From contig NW_005434637.1 of the NCBI RefSeq assembly GCF_000315625.1, positions 443,985-507,984 of the forward strand: DNA of 64,000 nucleotides. Direction: 5' to 3'. This stretch comes from Guillardia theta CCMP2712 (lineage: Eukaryota > Protista > Cryptophyta). The notes under the pieces are model-generated. The model made no database searches and was not told where the DNA came from. It was given only the letters and a program-made list of their open reading frames with translations. Below, one piece after another: positions 1 through 11,017 of the stretch; the first letter of the stretch is position 1; each line of letters starts with the position of its first letter. The translations under genes and the position numbers were made by a program.

Positions 1-814
1 CAACCTTATTTGTCATGAGTACGACAACAGACAAAAGATTGTCTAATACGTGTCCGATTGATCTTTTCAAAAATGGCTGCGCACTGTACTCCAAGGAAAT
101 CTGTAGGGCTTGACGAGAGCTTCTTGATATGAGATGAACAGTAAAAGATCTCTCCCTGGGTGACTGCGTTGAGAGGAAGGTACGGAAACAAGTTGGTCAA
201 GCGCAAATGCAGTAAGAAGGAATGATAAGAACCAAGTGCCGAGAGACGTGGTGGGTGAGGACAGGGGAGCCAGACTGATGTAGATAAAGGGAACTTCGGA
301 AGGACGTTAGAGGAAAAGAAAAAGCCCGATGGTCAGCACGCTGACTCGGTTCCATACTGCGTTCGATTCCGTACCCCTACCCGTATCTCCAGCATGAAAA
401 TGTGGGGCACATATACCCCTCAGCCTTGCCGTTCCAGTGTTTTGTGACTCCAGAAGTACAGAAGAGTCCTTATGAGAAGGGTTGGGGTACATACCCCTAC
501 CCCGAATTAATTGTCCATCACATGGGCAAATTGGGGTATGTGATGAGACCGTCAAACCACAATGGGGTTGCCCTGTTTAAATCGTGTTTTAATTGTGGCT
601 GACAAAAAAAAACGGTGTCACTAGCTCTTTCTGTTTAAATTGACCCTCACCTACACATCCTTCCTCGTGCTCTGCCTCGTGCTCTCAACCCTCGCCCCTC
701 TCTCACCCCCTCGCTGTGCCGGCGATCGGCAGATCTCTGCTGGCCCCTCAGTCAACGTTGCCCTCTCATCTGTTTCGGTCGTGTTGTCAAGCGTAGACTC
801 GATCTAGAATCAAG

Positions 815-1430
815 ATGCAGAGCGGAGGGGAAGTTTCGGTTCTTCAGCCCATCACTACTGAGCTGCAAGGAGAGCAGAAGCCTCGCGAGCCCCCAACAGT
901 CTCGTCTGTGAAGCAGAAGCAGCTTGCGAGCCTCAAGAGAAGCATTGAGCTGATTGTGAGCCGTAGCCATTTTGTCGATGCACTTGGCGAGATCCAGAGG
1001 CTATGATGGAAAACTCGTCGAAGGGATGTATGAAAGAGTTGGGAGGTGTTGTGATAAGTAAATAAAGAGATAATATAATTCTTATCATGAAGTGTAGTGA
1101 GACAACAAGACAAAGCGATGATTCCATGATATCGTTGTCTATTTGTGCTATCAGATTCGAATCAAGATGTTCTCCTGGTCCCCTGCTCTGAGAGATGTAG
1201 AATATCACGATAAAACTTTGGAGTTCCATGATTTCCCCATTCTTACAGCTTGATAATAATTGGGGCCGGGACATTTTGTATTATTTGTGTCAAGATCCGA
1301 TTTAAACGAGAGCTACCACTGTTATGAAATAAAACTTTACAAACTTCAATCCAAACTCTACAGGGTACTGATGCAGCTTTCTTATCAAGCCCAAACTTAG
1401 GCAAAACACCTTTGCCAAAACTGCCGATTC
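815..1430 (+). other. Possible small spliced gene or degenerate coding remnant (MQSGGEVSVLQP...), product unknown
   Basis: ATG at 815 and a GTGAGC donor at ~956. Downstream frames are short and interrupted. The region from ~1100 is duplicated downstream. Confidence 0.25.
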
Positions 1431-2560
1431 CGTGAGACTCGGGGGTCTGGAGCCTCACAAGCCCGACATCACTTAACTCGCTGCCATTTAATCCCAAACT
1501 TGTCATCATCGGAATGTTTCAGACTTTCCGACTCGACATGGGCATATAGAGGGACTTCAATGGCGCGAGAAACTAGAAGAATGGCTGTTGAGTTTGCCAA
1601 AAATACCCTAAATATGAGTCAGCTTTGCTATGGGATCCGACAATGATGACTCGCCCGGCCGTTTGGCCAGTGCGACAGTCACTGAGTGTCAAGCCTTGAA
1701 GGTCAAGCCTCCTCGACTCTCCTGATTGTCCTCGTACTGATTTTAACTTAACTTTGAGTAAAGTACTCGATGGCGGGGGCCGGCTCTCCGTGCACTGGCG
1801 CATCAAGCGGCCCTTAAAGGTACCGTACCGTCCGAGTCACCGTTGCTCAGCCTGGCAGTGTACGGTGACGGAGCACAAGTTTGTTAGACTCAGCGTCAGG
1901 GGCTTGTACTCAGATCAGTGCCAAAGTCACGCCGCAGATATCACATTCGAGTCGACCTTAGTTGTAACTTGAAGACAGTTCTTGCTCAAGACCGAGTTTA
2001 ATGCACTGCCCGCACACGACCCTGACCAGAATTGCCAGCCTGCCAGGCTGAGAGCCTCCGAGCCGGCCATACTATGAGAGATCATAGTAGACTGTATGCC
2101 AGGATCATTGATGTAAAATCCATGCACTATCTGGCAAGGTCCCGGGCCGATCGCCGCGGCCCGGCGGCCCGGCCGGCCCGCCGCCGGCGGTGGCCCCCCC
2201 CCCGGGCCCTCACCGTGCGATCCCCCGCCGTCGGATCGGGAGGCTGGCCGCCAGTAATGCCGTATCACTGCCGTTAAGTTTGGAGGACAGCAGTTGGCGG
2301 GAACTGAGTTAGTTGGGTTCAAGTTTGCCACGGTTCTCACCCGAGTCTCGCCGCCCGGCCGTTTGCGGCCCACTGGGGCGGCCAGTGCCACGGTGCGAGT
2401 CAAGCCTCCTCGACTCCAGTCCGACTCCTGATAATCCGGGCCCCCGATTGTCCTCTCCGCTGATTTTTCACCATTAACTTTGAGTAACAGTAAAGATGCC
2501 GCAGTGCCATCCGGGATGGGCCCGGCGGTCCGGGCCCGGGCCCGGCCGGGCGGTCGGCGG
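1100..2560. repeat. Degenerate tandem duplication (~0.7-0.8 kb unit); second copy converted to a GC/palindrome island
   Basis: Collinear anchors: 1149/1939 TATCA(G/C)ATTCGA, 1189/2075 TGAGAGAT..GTAGA, 1591/2322 AGTTTGCCA, 1652/2352 CGCCCGGCCGTTTG, 1702/2399 GTCAAGCCTCCTCGACTC, 1748/2474 TTAACTTTGAGTAA. Confidence 0.75.
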
Positions 2561-2664
2561 CGTGATGCAGTGCGTCCGACTCTCAGAAGCCTTGAGTCTG
2601 CCAGCTGGTCTGTGACACGCTTGCCTCAGAGTTCATGATAGCATCAGTGACAAGACAGCAAAAT

Positions 2665-2910
2665 CAACCTACCCCCACTGATGACCACATAGGGACGTAG
2701 ACGGGTAGGTGGGTAGTCGTAGATTGTGGGGGTGCAAGTATGACATCGAGGGGGTCCGGATGGAACAGACTGGATTGGAACCAGGCGAGCAGCTCACAAG
2801 GGGGTACTTGACGACTTTCCATATGGAAAAATCAGGGTAGGGGTAGTGCAACTTGCTCAGTAGAGGGGTCAGGGGTCAAGTAAAAAATTCCAGGGTAGGG
2901 TGGCGGATTC
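2665..2910 (+). promoter_or_regulatory. GGGTA/GGGGTC-rich tract in a 5' intergenic region
   Basis: Dense GGGTAG, GGGGTAC and GGGGTCA motifs. Similar tracts precede other genes in the window. Confidence 0.4.
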
Positions 2911-3594
2911 ATCGGGATGAAAATGTTGGGAACAAACTTTGTCAAATCAAGGGAGTTGCAGGCGAGATAGAAAGACTGTTTGTCAATCATGAAGATTTTT
3001 TACCATGTCTGATCCATAGATGATGATGAGAACAATGAGATGTTGGTCAAACATTTGGGAAAGAGAAATGTAGTCTCGCAGCTTGCAACAAATCGTGAAG
3101 AGGACTTTAGAACTATGCAGTTTCGCAAGAATTTGGTGACGAATCTTCGCATCATTGCAGTCGAGAGAGAAATCACACATTTGGAATTCTCAGAAATGAG
3201 TCTGAAAAGGATCTCCACGTCAAGGAATTTTCGAATGAATATTACGAAGAGGACAAACTTGATTGATAAAATGCAACAGCCTCAGAAAGCACTGAGGTAG
3301 AAAGGTAGCATGATAGACCTTCTTTTGCACTGTAGCATCAAATTCAGGCTAGAAATATGATGATCAACCAATCCATGGTCTCAAAGTGAGACATTTAGAA
3401 GAATGTTTTGCAAAGGGAACGTTAACAGCTCGACTGAAAGAAGTTTTCTGACACCTCACATAGGAAACAGGTTGAAGTTCAACAGGTGAAAGAACCATGT
3501 TGCAACCTTGAAAAGACTCCAATTGCCTGAAATCCCCTGGTCATCCGTTTACCACACGTTGGAAGAGGCGAGAAAAGAAAACTTCCCGGAGAAG

Positions 3595-6500
3595 ATGAAA
3601 AGTCCCAGTCGCGCCGTGCATGGCAACCACGACCTTGACAGCGACAAGGATGACAAGAGCAGCGCACGCAAGCTGCTGAAATCCAAGGTTCTAGAGGTCC
3701 CCCATCAGGTGCGCAAGAAGTACGGCTTCATCATCCTGTGGGCAGCAGTTGGCCTGGACCTCGTCATCTCTGTGCTGGGGTACCCGGTGATAGGGCAGGC
3801 AGTCAGTGCGCTCTTCGTCATCGTGTACCTAGCGGACCACATCAGCATTCGGCGGGCCCTGTGCTCCTTCTGGTTCGCCGTGATCGATGTGTTCTTCCGA
3901 GAGATCTCGGTCGGCGGCGACTCGAAGCTTCTCCACCTCAAGGACGGGAGGGCGGTGATCTTTGTTTGCGCTCCCCACGTGAACCAGTTCATCGACCCGA
4001 TCGTCGTGATGAAGACGGTGGCGGAGACGACAGGACGGCACGTCAGCTGGATGGTTGCTGACATCTCGTACAAGCGCAAGGTCATCGGGTTCTTCGCCAA
4101 AGTCCTCAGGGGCATCCCAGTGGCCCGGCCGGCGGACTACGAGACAGCGGGAGCAGGCTTCATCACTGCGGAAAGGAGCGCAGTGAGGGGTCATGGAGGG
4201 ACGCGGTTCACGCAGCAGCTAGAGAAGGGGTCGGTGATCATCGTGAAGAAGGATGGGGTGAAGGCTTCGGGGAAGGTCGGGAGGGTGAGGATTGTGTTGG
4301 GAATGTCGAAGGATTGCTGATGTCATGACTTGGCAGGTGATCGACGATGAAAACCTTGTTCTCACAGCTCCACTCTCTTACAAGATCGAAGTAGTTTGCT
4401 TCTCCTTACGTCCCTCTCTCTTGACCGACCTTCCTCTCCACCATCCCCTCCCCCCCTTGCGCTCGCGTGCGGCAGTGCATGACGAGTCTGGTACAGGTGA
4501 GGAAGGAGGCGCACGAACATTCTTACATGCACGCTCTTTCCCCTCAGTGGACCATCGCCATCGTTTGCTTCCTGACCGTCTCTCTCATCTATGTGACGCT
4601 CCTTGTCTCCTCCTCCAACCTTCTCATAGTCCTGCAGCTCGTCTCCGCCATGGGCTACAGTTTCCCCAACTGGTGGCCTGCCGTGTGGATGGTCTGCTTG
4701 CAGGTACAAGGAGGAGAGGAGGAGAGGAGGAGGAGGGCCGGGGGGGGGGGGGTGGAGGAGGGGGGGGAGGGGAATTAAGGAATGAGGGAGTGAGAGGATC
4801 TTGATGCGACCTGGGTTCAGATCGCATGCTTGGTTACTCATCTTTTGTACGCGTGGATTCGAGATGGTGTGATGCACTCGGCCATGGTTGGAGAATACTT
4901 CAGAGATTACCACAAAGCCGTCCACCTTTCAAAACCGTAAGCAGAGGATGAGGAGGAGAATGAGGACTGGAAGGTCGGGGGGAAGAAGCGAGGGACGAGG
5001 ACGGGGGACCTGCGGGGGGAGTTTGGGGCTGGAAGGAATATGGAGGAGGGAGATCTCTTGGATTCTGACTCCTGCAGCAGAGACGACACCAAAGGAGAGG
5101 AGCAGGCAGGTTTACTGGAGAAGGAGGGTGAAGTCACGAGGGAGTTGAACATCTCTGACCCGACTGCCTTCACTTTCCTTCCCTACGTCGACCAATCGGA
5201 AATGTTCAACCAGGTAAAACCACAGCCTGCTCCCTCCCCTTCCTCCCCTCCCTCCCCGACTCCCTCTCCTGCGTCCTCCTCTGCCTCTGTTCTTCACTTC
5301 CAGACGTTTATCCTCCGCTACCCCTCTCTGCCGACTATCGTCATCCCCTCCCAGCGCAAGTAAGTCCTATGACCAGGTACACGAGCACCTGCAGAAAGGA
5401 GGGACGATCGGGATCTTTCCGGAGGGAGGGACGCACGACGGGACCAACCTGCTGCCCCTCAAGTGGGGAGTCTCCACCATGGTGCTCGGGGCGCTGGCCA
5501 AGTACGAGGGGAAGCAACCGTTAAAGATCTCTATCATCCCCGTCGGGCTGAACTACTTCGCCCCTCACAAGTTCAGGAGCACGGTGAGCGTTGACTTCGG
5601 CGACGCCATCGAAATCAGCGAGACGCTGGTGGAGAAGTACAAGAACGGGAGCAAGGAGGACAAGCAGGAGGCGAACAGGGAGGTTATGGAGCTCGTCATG
5701 CTCGGTGTTCGCTCCTGCACCCTCTTGGTGAGTTTGGGAGGGAGTGAGGGAGGGAGGGAGGGAGGGAGGGAGGGAGGAGGAGGAGGAGGCAAGAGGAGTG
5801 CGGGGAGAAGGGGGGCGAAGTAGAAGGAAAGAGCATACTGCATCACACGGAAGGGGAGGAAAGTGAGGGGGATAGGGAGGAAGGAGTCATGCCATGGATG
5901 GGTACACCGGGGAGGAGGACTGGCTGACTGCATCGGTGCAGGCAAAGGACGTGGAGACGCTGCATCTCTTCCGCACGCTGAGGAGGATCTACGTGCCGCA
6001 GGGCACGCGGCTGTCCGTGGCGGACAACGTGGCGCTCACGCAAGGGTTCGCCGTCGGGTTTGACCGGGTCAAGAACGACCCGCGGGTGGAGGCCCTTATG
6101 CGGGGGGCGTCGGAGTACAGAAAGATGCTGCTGGAGTACCGGGTGAGGGACCACCAGGTTCAGAGGTTCCAGGGGAGGCTCTTCTCCCCCCAGCAGGCCC
6201 GCGTCCTCCGCTGGACGATTCTCATGCGCGTCCTCACGCTCGTCTCCCTCGCGCTGCCCATCTTCCCCTGGATCCTGTCGCTCGCTCCCTGCGGGCTCAT
6301 CGGGCGGGTGGTATCGGACATCCAGGCAAGAAAGGTGAAGAAGATGAGCGTCATCGGGACGTGGAAGGTGCTCATGGCCAGCGCGTTCGTCCCCCTCATC
6401 CACGTCATCTACACGGCATGCTGCTGGTCGAGCTTCGGGCGCGTCGCGGGGCTCCTGTGGTTCTTCTTCGCTCCACTTGCCTTCGTCTTCATGATTTTCG

Positions 6501-7042
6501 CGTCCGAGGTTGAACATGCGAGGAGGAGGAAGAGGAGGAGATGGAAGGACGTTGACATGGTGGTGGGAAAGGAAAGGAGGGAGGCCAGGAGGAAGAGGAG
6601 AGTTGTGAAGTGATGTGGCATGACGCAGACGAAGCCGAAGATGTGCTGAAATGGTTGAGATAGGATGAAATCAGGATCTTCCAGTCTCTCAACGCCCTCC
6701 TGCTCATCTTCAGGAACAAGGACATCGGTAACCCCGAGCTTGACCTCTCCTCTCTCTCCTGACAGGTCGCAGGCAACGAGTTGTACCACAGGAGGACGCA
6801 GCTGAGGAAGGAGCTGCTCGCCCTCCAGCAGGAGCAGCGGTGGTTGTCCGGCATCGACAGCAGCCTCAAGCAGACTCTAGAGCGGCGACAGGTTTCTCCT
6901 GCTCGTCCTCGTCCGCCTCTTCCCCCCTCCTACTTGCCTTCAGCATGATGTGCTGCTCGCCGCTTTACACTGACTCTTCCACTCATAGTCCGCATCCAAC
7001 GACTTCTTCACTATCGACGACAAGAAGGAGGAGGATGCCTAG
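3595..7042 (+). CDS. Glycerol-3-phosphate/DHAP acyltransferase (fungal Sct1/Gpt2-like GPAT), multi-exon
   Basis: Motifs CAPHVNQFIDP (HxxxxD), GIFPEGGTHD, IIPVGLNYFAPHKFRS and C-terminal TM segments. GT-AG introns include 4285-4336, 5214-5376 and 5728-5941. Probable end ...DDKKEEDA* at 7042. Confidence 0.9.
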
Positions 7043-7050
7043 GGCTGCTC

Positions 7051-9765
7051 CTACTCCAGCACAGCTGCCGAAGAGTTTGCGCCGGCGAAGATACTTCCTA
7101 TCCTGTACTGCTGGACGCTCATGATGAGGGAGGGTTCCTGCAGTGCTGTGAGGAGAAGGAGAAGAGGAGGGAAGAGGGGTGGGGGGGAGGAGAGAGGAAG
7201 GCAGAGAGGAGGGGAGGGGAAGGGGGAAGTGGGGAGCGGAGCAGGGAGGAGGAGGAGAACCTTTGCGGGGGAGTTGGATGGATGTCCTAGCTGTCCGAAT
7301 CGATTCATACCCCACCTGATGTACGTGCATGAGTAAAGAGATTTATAGTACCAGAAGTTTTTCGGAGGAGGTTGAGAAGCAAACAGACCAGTGCGAGGAC
7401 AAGAAAAGATAGAAGGAAATCGGGGGGACAGGACGAGGAGGAGGATCGAGAGGAGGAGGATAATGAGGAGGAAAAGGAACAGCAGCAACAGCGGCAGGAG
7501 GAGGAGGAGGAGGAGGAGGACGAAGAGGAGGAGGATCAGAAGGATGAAGAGCAGCAGCAGCAGGAGGAGCAGCAGCAAGGCTAGATCACAGGGCGTTCTT
7601 ATCCCCTTTGACTTACGATGCAACCGATCCATTGCTATAGAGAATTAGCACATGCTCATCGCCGCAACTGCCGCGTCACTCAGAACCGTTTCCCCACTCC
7701 TTCCTTCCACTCCTTCCCCTCCCGTCCTCCATGCCCCTCCTCACTCCCCCATCCCTCTAGCCCCTCCCCTTCCTCTCCGTTACCCTCCTGATATTTTCAT
7801 TTGTTTCCCAGAAACTCCGAACTCACCAGATTTTCTTGACACCGATTTCGATCACCCGTTTCTTCACATCGTCCCACTCCTTCTTTCTGCGACATTGTCA
7901 GGCCTAATCCTCCTCCTCCTCCTCCTCCTCCTCCTCCTCCTCCTCCTCCTCCTCTGCTTACCCCTGGACTCCCTTGACTGTTTTCGGACCTGAATGTATA
8001 CCATGAGATGCTTGAGAAACGCAGAAGGAAGCAGTAGGAGTGAGGAGTGAGGAGTGAGGAGTGAGAAGTGAGGAGTGAGGAGGGAGGAGGGAGGAGGGAG
8101 GAGGGANNNNNNNNNNNNNNNNNNNNNNNNNNNNNNNNNNNNNNNNNNNNNNNNNNNNNNNNNNNNNNNNNNNNNNNNNNNNNNNNNNNNNNNNNNNNNN
8201 NNNNNNGAGGAAGAAGAAGGATATTGTTTGACACGTGAAGTGGCTGCGTATGGCCCCACTGCCACATCTACCCCCAGCCGAATGGGAGGTGGCCAGCCGG
8301 CCGGTCCCTCCTCGGGCTGTTCGCAAGGTCAGCTCATCAATGAAGATTCGAAGAGCTTTAGGAGGTGGAAGTGGTAGTGGTAGTGGTGCTGTGGTAGAGG
8401 TGAGGAACAACAGTAGGAGGAGGAGGAGGAGGAGGAGGAGGAGGAACAAGAGTAGTAGGAGGAAGGGGAAAAGAGGAGGAAAAGGATGTGGTCGTGGTTG
8501 TTGTTGTGGTGGTGGTGGTGGTGGTTGTGAAGGAGGAGGATGAGGATAAGGAGGAGGAGGAGGAAGGGTTCCAAAGGGGAGGAAAACGCTGGGAGGAGGT
8601 ACAAGGGGACCTGAAAGATTGCCGCAGTGAAGTCAATCCCCGCAGAGATGGCGGTGACATGACCTGGGGTCAGATGAGTGAAGGCGAAAGGAGGAGCATA
8701 GAGTTTCGTCTCAGGTCAACTCATCGTTTGCATATCTAAAACAGGATCATGTCATTATCATCACTCATGAACATCAACAGCTCTGATCATCATCAGCCAT
8801 GAACATGTTGTCTTCAGGACGATCAACAACAGCTCAAGGACCTTCGCATCCGGCAGGTGGTCGAATCCTCAGCGGCACCTGACGCTCTACGTCAACTCAG
8901 GGGCAGTCAGAGGAGGAGCGTCACCGCAGAGAACATCTTCGACGAGTCCTTCTCATTCTCTTTCCACTGCTTGATCGTCTCCTCCTTGGCCTGACCCAGC
9001 TGCAACAAGACTGTCAGCGGCCTTCCTCCTCCTCCTCCTCCTCACCTGCATCAGGTTGTTCGCTCCACAGGCGTACACGTTGCCGTCCTGCGTCAGGACG
9101 ACTGAGTGGTTCTTGCCCACGGCGACCGACTTGGCCTTCTCCTTGTCCGGCAGGATCATCTTCTGAGGAGTAGTAGAGGAGCTGCACTCCCCGTTACCAA
9201 GCTGCCCCTTGCTCCCATCGCCCATGGCGTACGCGGCGCCACCGCTGGTGACGCATGCGAAGTTGGAGTAGGCTGCCTGCATGTCCACAACCTTTCCCGA
9301 CCCCACGATCTTTCCCCACAGGCCTGAAGGAATGGCGACATTCTCTGTCTTGGATGGATCCTCGTGCGGCCACCGAACGACGCCCCCTCCTCGTAGGAGC
9401 GCGTAGGTATGCGTGTCGTTGCAAGCGACCTTCTTCGCAGCCCCGGGGATCTTGGCAGGCTTCGCTTCTTCGATGTCCTTGTTCAAGAAGTCTCCCCAGA
9501 CCCACACTCGACCTCTCTCATCGCATGCTGCTCCTGCATGCTCGCTCATGCTCATGCTCACAATGTTCTTGTCCCCTCCAAGGAAGCACGGCTTCGGGAG
9601 CCTCTCCGAGACGACGCCCTCGTCTCCGAAGGACTTCGCCCCCCAGTACATGAGACGACGAGGCTTCTCCTCTCTCCCTCCCTCGCACCTCGCGTGTCCT
9701 CCTCCTGCCATCTTCCTAGCCGCCATCGCGACCGCCATCGCAGCGAGGCCTTGAGCCCCCAGCAT
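7051..9765 (-). CDS. RCC1-repeat beta-propeller protein, possibly mitochondrial, multi-exon
   Basis: Repeats AMGDGSKGQLG, VAVGKNHSVVLTQDGNVYACGANNLMQ, AISAGIDFTAAI, CGDEHVLILYSNG and WGMNRFGQLG. Last exon IGSIFAGANSSAAVLE*. The gene spans an assembly gap. Confidence 0.85.
8107..8206. other. Assembly gap (100 N) inside a low-complexity intron
   Basis: Run of N flanked by GAG/GGA repeats. Confidence 0.98.
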
Positions 9766-9872
9766 TTACGATTGCGCGTCGCGAATCACCCGTACATTCG
9801 AAATACAAAAAGGGGGTACCGCTTGATTCAGGGGTGGTTCAGTTGCTCAGAAGAATATTCCATGATCGGGCG

Positions 9873-10895
9873 ATGATGGAAGGAATGATGGCGAAAGAAT
9901 GGGAAGAATACGCAAGAAAGCAGCTCTTGTACCTGCCCAATGCAGTGAAGGACAAGCAAAAGGCCCGTGAAGCCATTGGCTTCTGCAAGAACAATGCTGA
10001 AAGGCTCAGCCTGTCCAAGTATTGGACATGGGAGAACGTGGAGTCCCGCACAGCAGAGCAGAGCTACCGATCCTTCGTGGTGCAGGGAGGCGAGGACGAC
10101 GAGCTCTTCAGCGATCTGCTGTGTTCGTTCCCCAGCCTCCCGCTGTTCGAAGGCATCGAAATGGACCCGGTCGCCTGGGTCTTCGTCGGCAAGAACATGG
10201 TTCCCGGATCTCGCATGAAGGGAAGGCCGGAGCATGTGGATGATGTAGGAGCATCGGGTACAGTACACTGGCAGGTGAGCGGGAAGAAGATTTGGCGCCT
10301 CCGTCCCTGCCTACATGCCGAGTGGCCTCGAGGTTCAACAAAACCTTCGCCATGTGAGGTGATTGAGGTAGAATGCGAGGAAAACTCCTTGCTGTTGGTG
10401 AACACAAGTGTCTACTATCACGAGACGAAGATACCCTGTACACAAGATGACGCAGATAAAGTCTCGATCTCGATCGCAAGAGAGTTCCACCTTCCTCTCA
10501 CGGATCAGCTGATGGTCCAGCCAAGAATGCCGATCTGCGGGCGACTAGTCCCTCCCTTCGTGTCGTTGGTGTCAGGCTCCTTCGAGACCCACCACTCAAT
10601 CTGTGCCTGGTGCAGAACGCCGACCGGGATCTCAACAGGCCAGAAACCATGGCAGAGCGCAGCTTGCGCTTGTCTTTGCTGCATGATGCGAAAACAGATC
10701 AAACGGGAGTTATCCTACTTGCTGAACACGAGTGCTAACTTCTCCCCGTTTTTTACGTGGAAGTGCAGTGAAGGAGTTGGAGGGAGAAGAACGAATGTAG
10801 CGAAGTGTGTCAGTACACTACAGAAAGATTCGAATGGCCTCAGGAAGCTGATCTTGCAGGTCCCGAGGCCAAGGCTGCTTTCTTCGAACCGATAA
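9873..10895 (+). CDS. JmjC-like/cupin Fe(II)-2OG oxygenase-like protein
   Basis: WVFVG...PEHVDD (HxD), WQVSGKKIWRLRP, LLLVNTSVYYHET (distal His) and SISIAREF. The 3' end may be spliced. Confidence 0.7.
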   Translation: MMEGMMAKEWEEYARKQLLYLPNAVKDKQKAREAIGFCKNNAERLSLSKYWTWENVESRTAEQSYRSFVVQGGEDDELFSDLLCSFPSLPLFEGIEMDPVAWVFVGKNMVPGSRMKGRPEHVDDVGASGTVHWQVSGKKIWRLRPCLHAEWPRGSTKPSPCEVIEVECEENSLLLVNTSVYYHETKIPCTQDDADKVSISIAREFHLPLTDQLMVQPRMPICGRLVPPFVSLVSGSFETHHSICAWCRTPTGISTGQKPWQSAACACLCCMMRKQIKRELSYLLNTSANFSPFFTWKCSEGVGGRRTNVAKCVSTLQKDSNGLRKLILQVPRPRLLSSNR

Positions 10896-11017
10896 GTTCG
10901 CCAAGGAACATTGAATTCAGAAAGGACACATGGATTGATGGTATTGTTCAGCTCCTTTGGTGAGTTTTTCTGGTTCTTGTATATTAAATCATTTCAGATC
11001 TTTGAAGTTGTTTTGGT

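Noticed and set aside
1-400. Minus-strand gene fragment at the window start
   Set aside because: Short ORFs with no recognisable motif, truncated by the window edge.
7051-8739. Poly-Leu/Glu/Arg/Pro ORFs
   Set aside because: Translations of intronic trinucleotide repeats.
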